Positions 12,641 through 24,859 of a DNA stretch of 64,000 bases are shown here, piece after piece. The position numbers and the translations under genes were made by a program. The notes below the pieces were generated by a model. The model was not told where the DNA came from and did no database searches. It saw only the letters and a program-made list of their open reading frames with translations. The stretch's first letter is position 1, and each line of letters opens with the position of its first letter. Source of the stretch: Eledone cirrhosa (Eukaryota); assembly GCA_964016885.1 (NCBI GenBank), contig OZ024745.1:84506001-84570000 (forward strand), given 5' to 3'.

Positions 12641-12913
12641 TATAGTGTGTGATATCATATCACTGTGTGATATAATATCACTGTGTGATATAATATCACT
12701 GATTATTATATATATATATATATATATATAATATATGAGGTTGGTGTTAGGAAAGGCATCCAGCTGTAGAAATCAAGCCAGAATCAGTTCCTGTCCCACC
12801 CTTGCAAGCAGGGAAAAGTGGACGTAAAATGAAATGAAATATATATATATATATATTATATATATATATTATATATATATATATATAAATATATTATATA
12901 TATATATATATAT

Positions 12914-12945
<32 letters not shown>

Positions 12946-13178
12946 TATATATATATATAAATATATTATATATATATTATATATATATATATTATATATA
13001 TTATATATATTATATATAAATATATTATATATATATTATATATAAATATATTATATATATATATAAATATATTATATATATATTATATATATATATATAT
13101 ATTATATATATTATATATATTATATATAAATATATTATATATATATATTATATATATATATTATATATATATATATAT

Positions 13179-13521
13179 ACGATATTAATAAATGGAAACT
13201 ATATTTATAAAACCATATTTATTTCATTATACATATTTCAGGGATACCATATTAAATTATGGTATCGAAAGTAATGGTTGTATTTTAAAAGGGTACGTCA
13301 AAGCTATTTGTAAAACTGTTATATATTGTATTTTATCTGATGAAGGCATACCATAATTTAATATGGTATCCCTGAAATATGTATAATGAAATAAATATGG
13401 TTTTATAAATATAGTTTCCATTTATTAATATCGTATATCTACTCCAAAAACTTGTCGAGTGCTTTATATCAGTTATAAAAATATTTACTTGTTGTATCCC
13501 AACAACTTTAAATAGAACTTT

Positions 13522-13525
<4 letters not shown>
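13179..13525. mobile_element. Fold-back Penelope-like terminal repeat (family A) between (TA)n tracts
   Basis: ~13180-13265 is the inverse of ~13349-13432, and the segment contains a hammerhead motif. Confidence 0.7.
13329..13393 (+). ncRNA. Type I hammerhead ribozyme motif, family A
   Basis: TATTTTAT CTGATGA AGGcATACCATA attta a TATGGTATcCCT GAAA TATGTAT A ATGAAATA. Confidence 0.8.
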
Positions 13526-13575
<50 letters not shown>

Positions 13576-13618
13576 ATATAATATATATATATTATATATA
13601 TATATATATATTATATAT

Positions 13619-14371
13619 GTAAAAGTTCTATTTAAATTGTTGGGATACGACAAGCAAATATTTTTATAACTGATATAAAGCACTCAACAAATATTTGGAG
13701 TAAAAATACGATATTAACAAATGGAAAGTATATTTATAAAACCATATTTATTTCATTATACATATTTCAAGGACACCAAGTTAAATTATGGTGTGCTTTC
13801 ATCAGATAAAATATATCATATTTAAACAATGGTTAAATTTCTCATATTATATATGTATATTCCATTCATGATTATTAACATTTCTAATTTTATTTATTCA
13901 TTTCATCTCAATTGTTAAGTTAACTCAACAAGATATGACTTAGAGTTTTTCGTTCTCTGTCCTTTCGCTATCTCCTCTCTCTATCTTTCTCATTCTGTTG
14001 TTCTGATCTTTCTCTCTTTCCCTCTCTATCTTTCTCCGTAACCCAACGGCTTATTTTAAAAATATCCAATACTAATAATTAAAGCTAAAACTCCACTATC
14101 CGGGAGCTTCCAACAGTAATGGTTGCATTCTTTAAGGGTATGTCAATATTTATTTATAAAACTGATCTATATTATATTTTATCTGATGAAAGCACACCAT
14201 AATTTAACTTGGTGTCCTTGAAATATGTATAATGAAATAAATATGGTTTTATAAATATAGTTTCCATTTGTTAATATATCATATTTTTACTCCAATAATT
14301 TGTTGAGTGCTTTATATCAGTTATAAAAATATTTGCTTGTTGTATCCCAACAATTTAAATAGAACTTCTAC
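13619..14371. mobile_element. Fold-back element with ~200-bp inverted arms, each carrying a hammerhead (13749-13813 -, 14175-14239 +)
   Basis: 13619-13816 is the inverse of ~14172-14371, around a ~350-bp spacer. It is flanked by TA-rich microsatellites. Confidence 0.8.
14175..14239 (+). ncRNA. Type I hammerhead ribozyme motif, family A
   Basis: TATTTTAT CTGATGA AAGcACACCA taatttaact TGGTGTcCTT GAAA TATGTAT A ATGAAATA. Confidence 0.8.
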
Positions 14372-14470
14372 ATACATATGTATATATTTATGTATGTGTA
14401 TATATATATATATGTGTGTGTATATATTTATGTATGTGTATATATATATGTGTGTGTATATATTTATGTA

Positions 14471-14554
<84 letters not shown>

Positions 14555-14559
14555 TATAT

Positions 14560-14900
14560 GGAGGCACATGGCTTAGTGGTTAGAGCATTGGCCTTGCAAT
14601 CGAAAGGTTGTGAGTTCAATTCTCAGACCTGGTGATGTGTTGTTTCCTTGAGAAAGACACTATTTCACATTGCTCCAGTTTACTCAGCTGTAGAAATGAG
14701 ATGATAGGGACTGGGGTCCATATCATTCCACTGCAAAGTGGCCGTGGAGGTGCCACGGCAAAAAAGCACCCAGCACTCACACTGTAAATGAGGTTGGTGT
14801 TAGGAAGGGCATCCAGCTGTAGAAATCAAGCCAGAATCAGTTCCCATCCCACCCTTGCAAGCAGGGAAAAAGCGGACGTAAAATGAAATGATGATGATGA
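14560..14900 (+). mobile_element. SINE family A, full length
   Basis: Pol III A and B boxes, a CORE-like segment, and a tail cacccttgcaagcagggaaaaagcggacgtaaaatgaaatgatgatg shared with the RTE 3' end. Confidence 0.9.
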
Positions 14901-14917
14901 TATATATTATATATATA

Positions 14918-16895
14918 TCATCTTCGTTTAATGTCCATTTTCCACGCTAGCATGAGTTAGACGGGAGTTGTCCCACTTGAGGCAAGGCTTGTCGGGTGAC
15001 CGTGTCTCACTCATATAGGACTATCTGGCAGGTTTTCTACGGCTGGATGCCCTTCCTAACACCAACCACATTTACAGTGTGGAACTGGGAACTTTTTACC
15101 GTGTTACCTACACGACCACATTACAGCGTCAACTGTGTTTTTTGTCGTGACACCAACACGATCTCGATCTTCTTTTCTCGTGCTGTTGGTGGGAGGATAG
15201 GTTAGGGGTAGTGGATTGGGGTGTATATTTCGTTAAGAGGTGCCTACTGACTGTAGGTTTCTCTTTGTACATAGGCAAGGCGGGTCTTCTGTATTACTGC
15301 GTAGCGCCAAAGATCTCGGTCCAGCGACATTGTCTTAGAGAGATGTAAGTGTGTGAGGTTGGAATTTATCAGATCATTCCAGATTTTTCTGGGTCTACCT
15401 ACTCCATAACTACCATCAATTTTGATCGCCCTGCATTTTTATATGCAGCTGTCGTCTTTCATGCGCATCACGTGACCATACCAATGTAGTCTTCTCTGAA
15501 GTAAACAGCATCTGATCCCTCTTATTCCTAATTTCTCACTTAGTTCATTTATGCTTTGCCGTTCACGTATATTACTATTACACATCCAACGAAGCATGCA
15601 TGCTTCGTTCCTTTCCAGTCTACGCAAGTCCTCTGCACGTAATACCCATGTCTCCCTGCCATGTAGCATTGCTGTTCATATACAGGCATCATACAATCTG
15701 CCTTTCATTTTTAGAGAGAAACCTTTCGTGGCCAACAGCAGTATAAGCTCTCTGAACTTTTTCCATCCCGTTCTGACTCTGGCTACTGTACTTTCAGAAC
15801 ACCCTCCACCACTGCTGATTTCGTCACCCAGGTAACGGAAAGTGTCTATTATTTCTATAGAACTATCTGGGCAATAGAAGGAGCTAGTATCCTTTGGACA
15901 CTTGCTACTTATTGCACCTGAGCATTGGCCACATATAAAGTCTACGTTCTTAGATAGTTTACCTGCGATCCCACTACATCTTTTATGTATCCACACTTTG
16001 CATTTGGGACATAAAATTGAATTTCTGCCTACTCCTTTCCTACACACTGAGCATGGCCATTTCCCTGAGGGTACCTGTGCCTTATTTTCCTTTCTACAAA
16101 CTAGAACTTTAGTCTTAGACAAGTTAACTTTAAGGCCTTTTGATTCTAGACCATGCTTCCATATTTCGAATTTCTTCTCTAGTTCAGCCATTGATTCAGC
16201 TATGAGCGTTAGATCACCTGCGTATATGATTTCCCATGCACAGCCGGTCTTGAACTCCTCTGTTATAGCCTGAAGGGCAATAATATATAAGAGGGGGCTA
16301 AGGACAGAGCCTTGATGAACACCAACTTTTACATTAAATTCTTCACAATATTCATTGTTAATTCTAACCTTACTGACTGTTTCATTATACATAGCTTGTA
16401 TAGCTCTCACAAGCCATTCATCTACACCTAGTTTTCTAAGAGCCCACCAGATAATGGAGCGGGGCACTGTCAAAAGCTTTCTCCAGGTCTACAAAAGCTA
16501 AGTAGAGGGATTTACTTTTGGCTAGGTACTTCTCTTGTAGTTGTTGTACAAGGAAAAGAGTGTCTGTGGTACTTTTACCTGACACAAACCCAAACTGCAT
16601 TTCATCTAGATCAATTCACTCTTTGATTAGTTGCGCTATAACTTTTTCTGTGACCATGACCTGGTCAATTAATTTAATGCCTCTATAGTTCCCCTATCTA
16701 GGGCATCTCCTTTACCCTTGTAGCAGTTAATGATGCTGCTGCTATGCCAGTCTTTCGGTATGACCCCATTCTGTATTACTTGGTTAACTATACGGGTGAC
16801 CATAGTGTGTCCCACCATACCAGATGCCTTCAACATCTCAGCAACTATCTCCGAAGGCCCAGCTACCTTGGCTGTCTTCATATCTTTGATTGCCT
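14918..16895 (-). mobile_element. RTE LINE, second subfamily, 5'-truncated
   Basis: ORFs 16669-16881, 15676-16473 and 15439-15669 carry GVHQGSVLSPLL, IYAGD (degenerate YADD), the PHD-like CSVC..CPKC..H..C..CGQC and FRYLG. Confidence 0.9.
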
Positions 16896-17819
16896 ATATA
16901 TATATATATCATCATCATCATCATCATCTTTGTTTAACGTCCATCTTCCACGCTAGCATGGGTTAGACAGGAGTTGTCCCACTTGAGGCAAGGTTGGTCG
17001 GGTGACCGTGTCTCGCTCATATATAATATAAAATATACTATATATTATACAATGTACTATATATTACATAATATATATTATACAATACACGTTGGCCCCG
17101 TGCCATCAAAAATGACAGCTAATTATAATATAACATAATATAAAAAGAAGAAATGTTTTTTGTCTGTTGAATCGTTGGTTCCTTTGCTCTCACTCACACA
17201 AATGATACAAACATACAGCTGTGACAAATCTTAGAACGCTAGACTTCCATAGTTTCTCTCTCCATCATCTTTCCTCTGTCATCACAGGTGTGTGTATGTA
17301 ATAATTATTTTTTTAAGTGTGTTTGTTTGTATACATGTATATGTAGATTCGTGTGTTTGTAATTCTATTGTCTATGTATCTTTCTAAATCATATACAAAC
17401 ACACATACTCACACAAATATTAGATATAAATATAATTTACACAAACACATATACACACACACAAACACTCACATAATCATAACAGCCAATGTATGTAGCC
17501 AATTCGCTATACAGGTGTAGTGAATGTTAGATGCTACTTTCTGTAGTTTGTCATCACCCCTTTCTTCCATAGTTGCATAATCACCCCTTCTTTCCTTAGT
17601 CATCTCTAGTGCATTACAGACAAATACACAAGACTTTTATATTAGTTGATAATATATATATATTATAAAGAATCTGAAACTGGTTGTTGAAACAGAAAGA
17701 GCTCAGCTGTCGGGATCCCGACTCTTTATAAAATAACCATACTCTACCACCACAAGCATCGAGTACTCTATTGAGTAATGGTTTTGTACATATATATTAA
17801 AAAAAACATATTCATTATG

Positions 17820-19185
17820 TGGAGAATTCACTGGATGCTGGCTCTACACCTGAAAACTTTCTGTCCCAGTTTTCAAAAAGGGAAACAAGTCCCTTGCAGT
17901 GAATTACCGTCCAATATCACTCACCTCTCATATCATTAAGGTATTTGAGAGAGTGGTGAGACCACAAATAACTCACTTTCTTGAAAGCAACGGACTGCTG
18001 AACTCCAACTAACATGGGTTCCATAATGGAAGGGACTGCCTAACGCAGCACCAGCATTGAGAGCTTTGGGAGAGGGCTCCAACACAGATGTCATGTACCT
18101 TGATTACAGCAAGGCCTTTGACAGGATTGATCACAAGATTCCATTGAAAAAAACCATCCAACATAGTCAAAGAAGTAAAATCAAGCCCAGCCAAAGTCAG
18201 TAGTGGCATTCCGCAAGGCACTGTGTTGGGCCCACTTCTTTTCATCAACTACATTAATGACATTACTGACATCATCAAGCACAGAAACATAAGAATCTTT
18301 GCAGATTATTCCAAGCCCCAGAAGGTCATGAATGGAGTGGGTGACCAGACAACCTTCAATCAGATCTACTTGCTGTTATCCAATGGGCGGAAAAGAACAA
18401 TATGCTGCTGAAGGAGGATAAATTTGAATTAAACCACTTTGGAAAAGAGGATGCACTAAAATTTCCTTATTTCCTTCCTTCAGGTGAAACTCTCATGGTG
18501 TCCAACATCAGAGACTTGGGAGTAATTGTTGATAACAACATAAGCTGGGCCACTCATAGAGTTGATGTGACCCGCATAATGTGTTCCTGGATTCTCAGAA
18601 CTTTCCAATCGAGAGATAACCACACCATTATGCTTCCCTTTTCTTTTGCCCTACTCCACCTTGAATATTGTTAACCACTGTAGACTCACCACATGTAACA
18701 AAGTATTATGAAAATTGAAGCGCCTCAGGTCAATCACAAAAAAATAAGACAGCATCACCGGCGTTGACTATTGGGGTCGACTAGAAAACCTCAAACTCTT
18801 TCTCCAACGCCGCTGTGAGTGCTATATTATCTGCATGATGTGGAAAATATTCCATCAAATAATGTTAGAATCATCTTTAAAGTACACCTAAGGTTCGGGC
18901 CCCGTGTCACCTGCCCACAACAAAAATCAAATTCGCATCTCATAACATTATGGCACAATAATTTCACTTCAAAACAGAAACAGACCCCATAAAATTTAAA
19001 AAGTCTTTGAACAAGTTCTTCCAAGAAATCCCAGATAAACCTCTTACACCTGTATGTCTCCATAAATAATAACTCTCCACTCGAGTAGGCCATGGTGTCC
19101 AAATCCTGATTTGAAAGACTTCGCTACGTGGTGCTATTAAGTTTAACATGGCCTGGGCCAATACTGGCTGGAAACCATCAAAGTT
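17820..19185 (+). mobile_element. Degraded CR1-clade LINE, same family as 10988-12640
   Basis: Nucleotide similarity to the reverse complement of the 11-12.6 kb copy. It encodes LGPLLFINYINDI and IFADY and ends ccatcaaagtt. Confidence 0.85.
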
Positions 19186-19324
19186 ATATATGTATGCATA
19201 TATGTATGAAGCATATATATACAGTATGTCCCACCCTCCCATACATCTACCATGAGGATAGGCCAAAGTATGCACCCATGAAATCCCCAACTCACACTGT
19301 GTAGTGATTGTATAGGTGTCATGT

Positions 19325-19548
19325 ATGAGTGCTGGGTGCTTTTTTGCCGTGGCGCCTATATGTCCACTTTGCAGTGGAATGATATGGACCCTAGTCCCTA
19401 TCATCTCATTTCTACAGCTGAGTAAACTGGAGCAATGTGAAATAAAGTGTCTTGCTCAAGGAAACAACACATCACCCAGTCTGAGAATTGAACTCACAAC
19501 CTTTCGATTGCAAGGCCAATGCTCTAACCACTAAGCCATGTGCCTCCA
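19325..19548 (-). mobile_element. SINE family A (head and body)
   Basis: Reverse complement of the family A head and CORE-like part. Confidence 0.8.
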
Positions 19549-19834
19549 TACATTCACATATACACACACACACACACACATATATATACACACACACAAA
19601 TATATATATATATATGTATATATATATACATTCACATATACACACACACATATATACATTCAGATATATATACACATATATATATACATTCACACATATA
19701 TACACACACATATATATACATTCACATATATAAACACATATATATACATACACACATATATATATACATACACATATATATATATACATACACATATATA
19801 TACGACTGTGACCAGTGGCGTATAGCCAATATTT

Positions 19835-20113
19835 CCCCACCCCACCCACTGCGAAGTGGTCGTGGAGATGCCACAGCAAATAAGCACCCAGCCCACACTG
19901 TAAAGTGGACGTGTAGGCGCCACAGAAAACAGCACCCAGCACTCACTGTAAATGAGGTTGGTGTTAGGAAGGGCATCCAGCTGTAAAAATCAAGCCAGAA
20001 TCAGTTTCCGTATGAGCAAAACATGGTCAGCTGACCAGCTACTGCCCACAACAGGACAACATGTCTAACCCATGCTAGCGTGGAAGAACGGACGTAAAAC
20101 GGGAATGATGATG
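19835..20113 (+). mobile_element. Isolated copy of the RTE 3'-UTR/tail module
   Basis: Closely matches 420-695 and ends in (GAT)n. Confidence 0.75.
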
Positions 20114-20159
20114 ATACATACATACATATATATATATACACATATATATCTAAAGTCTG

Positions 20160-20403
20160 TCTTAAGCCAGAAGGCTCATTTGGCCAGTTCTTATCCCGGT
20201 TTCATGGCGTGAAGCGTCTGAGTACAAGACTTCACTCTGGACAGGGCTCCAGTCCATCGCAGGGTTAAAACACCAGCTATTACTGGTACTAATTTTCAGC
20301 TGAGTATACTGGAGCAACGTGAAAAGAAGTGTTTTGCTCCAGAACACAACACGTAACCCAGGAATCAAACCGAACACCCTTACCGCTAGGCCACGTGCCT
20401 CCA
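20160..20403 (-). mobile_element. tRNA-derived SINE family C (CORE-like plus V-domain-like segments)
   Basis: On -: ggaggcacgtggcctagcggtaagg..ctggagcaaaacactt..aaccctgcgatggactgg..cctgtccag. A decayed copy lies at ~31215-31420. Confidence 0.65.
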
Positions 20404-20455
20404 CATACATACATGTATACATACATATATGTATATACATACACATATATATATA

Positions 20456-23400
20456 CATCATCATCATCATTTTACGTCCGCTTTTCCCTGCTTGCAAGGG
20501 TGGGACGGATCTTATTCAGCACAGCATCTCTCCACTCGTCACGGTCCCTCGTCATCTCCACCGTGAGCTTCAATGATCTGAGGTCTGTTCTCACCACCTC
20601 CGCCCATGTTTTTCGTGGTCTACCTCTACCACGTCTTCCTTCAAATGGCAATTCCTGGCACTTCTTCACCCATCGGTCATCCTCCATGCGCATCACATGT
20701 CCATACCACATCAGTCCCCTCTCCCGTACACTACATTCTATCCCTCTCAGACAGTTTCTCTCTCAACACATTTAAGCTGGGCCGTTCACGCACATTTACA
20801 CTGCACATCCAACGGAGCATGCTTGCCTCATTTCTCTCCAGCCGTCGCATGTCCTCTGCAGTTACTGCCCATGTCTCACTACCATGCAGCATCGCGCTCC
20901 TCACACAGGCATCATACAACCGGCCTTTCGTACGCAGGGAGAAACCCTTCTTCGTCAACAGAGGAAGCAGCTCCCTAAACTTCTTCCAACCCGTCCTTAT
21001 TCTAGATACTATGGCCTCGGAACACCCTCCTCCCATGCTAATCTGATCTCCTAGGTACCGGAAGCTATCCACCACTTCTATAGCGCCCTCCTGCATTTGA
21101 AAAATGTGTCTATCAATGCGACTTCTACTGTCTAATTTCGCTGTACATCTACTGCATACGTATTTCTCCCTACCTGTTAGTTTGCCTGCTATCCCGCTAC
21201 ATCTCTTGTGTACCCAGGATCTGCATTGTGTGCATTTTATAGAATTTATGCCAGTTCCTTTTCTGCATATCGAACATGGCCATTTCCCTGACGGAATCAG
21301 GGTTTTGTCCTCTTTTCTACTCATCAACACTTTTGTCTTAGCTAGATTTACTCTCAGTCCTCTTGCTTCCAGCTGCTGTTTCCATAGCCAGAATTTATTC
21401 TCTAGCACCTCTACTGATTCTGCTATAAGAACCAGATCGTCAGTATAGAGAAGTTCCCATGGACAGCCAGTCTTAAACTCCTCTGTTATGGCTTGGAGGA
21501 CTATGATGAACAAGAGCGGACCGAGGACCGAACCCTGATGTACTCCTACTTGTATCTGGAATTCCTCACTAAACTCCATTCCTACCCTGACTTTACCGAG
21601 AGTACCTCTGTACAAAGTTTGCACTGTCCTCACAAGCCATTCCTCAACACCTAGCTTCCTTAGGGACCACCAGATGACAGATCAGGGTACCCTATCAAAG
21701 GCCTTCTCTAGGTTAACAAAGGCTAAGTATAGTGGCTTATTCTTCTCTAAGAACCTCTCTTGCAATTGTCTAACCAAGAAGAGGGCATCTGTTGTACTCT
21801 TCCCAGGCACAAAACCAAACTGCATCTCATCTAGTTTGACCCTTTCTCTAATTAGTTGTGCTAAAATCCTTTCTGCCACTTTCATAATCTGATCTATCAG
21901 TTTTATACCCCTATAATTGCTCCTCTCCAAAGCATCCCCTTTACCTTTATAGCAATTTATGAGAATACTGCTGCACCAGTCTTTGGGTATGACACCACCA
22001 TATATAGCCTGATTGATGATGCGTGCAACCAGTTTAGTGCCTACGTCCCCTGATGCCTTCAGCATCTCAGCAACTATTCCCGATGGTCCGGCAGCCTTAC
22101 CATTTTTCATTTCCCTAATCGCCTCTTGGACCCTATATTCATCAATCTCAATAGCTGGTCCCAAGGGTAATTTCTCTCTCTCCCATTTGTTCTTCACATT
22201 CATCAGTCTCTCATAATGACATTTCCAAGCCTCCTTTTTCGTGACACTAAGTACTCCGGCATCATCCCGGACACATTTATTTCCAACAACATCCTGATTT
22301 TCATTGACACACTGCCTTGCAATGTGGAACACCGGACAAGTCTGATCTTCCCGTCGCAGAACATTGGCAAACCTCCTACTCTCTGCGTGCTAAGTATACC
22401 CAACGTCTAGCTTCTCTCTTAGTGGCTGTATATTCTTCCCTACTTCCACCCTTTTTCCAAGCCTTCCATGCTAGTCTTTTGTCTCTAATAGCCTTATCTA
22501 CTGTGCTGTTCCACCACCAGGTCACTCTGTCTGGTTGGAGCTCTGCTCCAGCCACAAGTTTCATCAGTAGCCTGCAGCAAGTTCTCACGTAGGAAATTCC
22601 AGTTATTATCTATGTCATACGTCTCTAAATCGTCTTCTTTTTCGTCATATACATCTTGAAGGGCTTTCCTAAATTTGTATTTTAGTGAAAGGTCTTTTAG
22701 CTTCCAGACCTTTCTTCTCCACACCTTCCTATATGTCTCATGCCATCTCTTGCTTACTGAGATATCACTAACAACTAACCTATGCTGTGGGGTACATTCT
22801 TCCCCAGGGTATGCCTTGGTATTAGACACTATCTGCCTGTCCTGCTGCCTAACTAGTAAAAAGTCAATCTGGCTTATGTGCTCACCAGATTTGTAGGTTA
22901 TTAGGTGATTGGCAGGTTTCTGGAAGTTTGTGTTGCAAATAGTCAATGTACCTGCATCACAAAATTCAAGAAGTCTCACTCCTTCATTTCTTGAACCGTA
23001 ACCGTGCCCACCATGTACCCCAGTGTAACCATCCTGGAGCTGTCCAACATGACCATTGAAGTCTCCTGCTAGCATAACGATGTCTCCATCCTCTGTCATT
23101 GCGGTTGTTTGCAAAAGTTGCTCATAAAAGCAGTCTTTCTCATCTTTGCCTAGGCCTGCTTGGGGAGCATAGGCCGAGATGATTGTCAGTAGTCTCCTAC
23201 CTACAACTAATCTAAGCTTAATTATTTGATTACTAACTCGAACTACCTCTATTGTCTTATTGAACCATTTCTCAGCCAGGAAAATGCCTACTCCCCCTAA
23301 CCCATCATCCTTACCTACCCAGAATAGCTTATAGCTAAGACGTTTGCCTACGACTAGTCTCGCAGAGGCACCTCTCCATCTCACCTCTTGCACGCAGCAC

Positions 23401-23690
23401 ACATCCACCTGCCTTCTCTCCAGCATCTCCGCTATTTCAGCAGATCTACCTCAGAGTGCCAACATTAAGTGTTGCAACTCTGAGATGCGGCGTCTTCATA
23501 TTTTGTTGTTGTTCCTATTTGTTGCTGTGTTGATAAGCGTTTTGGCATTGATACACTGGTTGGATGCCCTTCCTAACACCAGTGCCACTTTACAGCATGG
23601 ACTGGGTGCTTTTATTTGTGCCACCAGCACTAAAGATGTCTTACTAGACTCAAGGGCCCTCTCTACCCCTCCATTTTACAGCATGGTCAT
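20456..23690 (-). mobile_element. Near full-length RTE LINE (APE endonuclease, RT, PHD-like finger), frameshifted
   Basis: ORF 22494-23426 has the APE motifs CVQEVRW, SAYAPQ, GDFNGHVG and IDFLL. ORFs 21682-22332, 20731-21633 and 20472-20711 give the RT and C-terminus. The (GAT)n tail is at ~20456-20470. Confidence 0.95.
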
Positions 23691-23708
23691 AAAAAAAAAC
23701 AAAAAAAA

Positions 23709-23748
<40 letters not shown>

Positions 23749-23841
23749 CACATACATAAATATATACACACACATATATATATATATATATACATACACA
23801 CATACATAAATAAATATATACATATATAAATACATATGTAT

Positions 23842-24280
23842 GTAGAAGTTCTATTTAAATTGTTGGGATACAACAAGCAAATATTTTTATAACTGATATA
23901 AAGCACTCAACAAATTATTGGAGTAAAAATATGATATATTAACAAATGGAAACTATATTTATTTCATTATACATATTTCAAGGACACCAAGTTAAATTAT
24001 GGTGTGCTTTCATCAGATAAAATATAATATAGATCAGTTTTATAAATAAATATTGACATACCCTTAAAGAATGCGACCATTTCTGTTGGAAGCTTCCGGG
24101 AGCTTCCAACAGAAATGGTCGCATTCTTTAAGGGTATGTCAATATTTATTTATAAAACTGATCTATATTATATTTTATCTGATGAAAGCACACCATAATT
24201 CAACTTGGTGTCCTTGAAATATGTATAATGAAATAAATATGGTTTTATAAATATAGTTTCCATTTGTTAATATATCGTAA
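23842..24280. mobile_element. Near-perfect palindromic element with back-to-back hammerheads (23960-24024 -, 24171-24235 +)
   Basis: The arms meet at ggaagcttccgggagcttcc (~24088-24107) with almost no spacer. Same family as 13619-14371. Confidence 0.85.
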
Positions 24281-24301
24281 ATACATATGTATGTATTTAT
24301 A

Positions 24302-24645
24302 TGGGGGCACATGGCTTAGTGGTTAGAGCATTGGCCTTGCAATCGAAAGGTTGTGAGTTCAATTCTCAGACCGGGTGATGTGTTGTTTCCTTGAGCAAGA
24401 CACTTTATTTCACATTGCTCCAGTCTACTCAGCTGTAGAAATGAGATGATAGGGACTGGGGTCCCTATCATTCCACTGCAAAGTGGTCGTGGAGGTACCA
24501 CGGCAAAAAAGCACCCAACACTCGCTGTAAATGAGGTTGGTGTTAGGAAGGGCATCCAGCTGTAGAAATCAAGCCACAATCAGTTCCCATCCCACCCTTG
24601 CAAGCAGGGAAAAGTGGACGTAAAATGAAATGATGAAATGATGAT
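24302..24645 (+). mobile_element. SINE family A, full length
   Basis: Same head, body and tail as 14560-14900. Confidence 0.9.
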
Positions 24646-24859
24646 GTATATATTTATGTCAGGTTGCTCTTGAGTGCTACTGGTAACATGTAACCCAAGT
24701 CCAACATGTCGCAATTAAAAAAAAAAAACATGTATAAAAATTCAAATAATTGCTAGGAACTTCACAAATACACAAAAATACATGAGAAAAAGAAAAGGAA
24801 AGAATAAACACAAAAACAACCATCAATTCACCACCATGTGCGACAATCGGCTGTACATC

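Noticed and set aside
14560-14632. tRNA gene
   Set aside because: It is the tRNA-derived head of a multicopy SINE and continues into CORE-like and LINE-derived sequence.
17672-17712. GAAACAG..CTGTC half-hammerhead (similar partial GAAAC..GTC near 27262 and 27770-27790)
   Set aside because: No intact CTGANGA core or stem II upstream.
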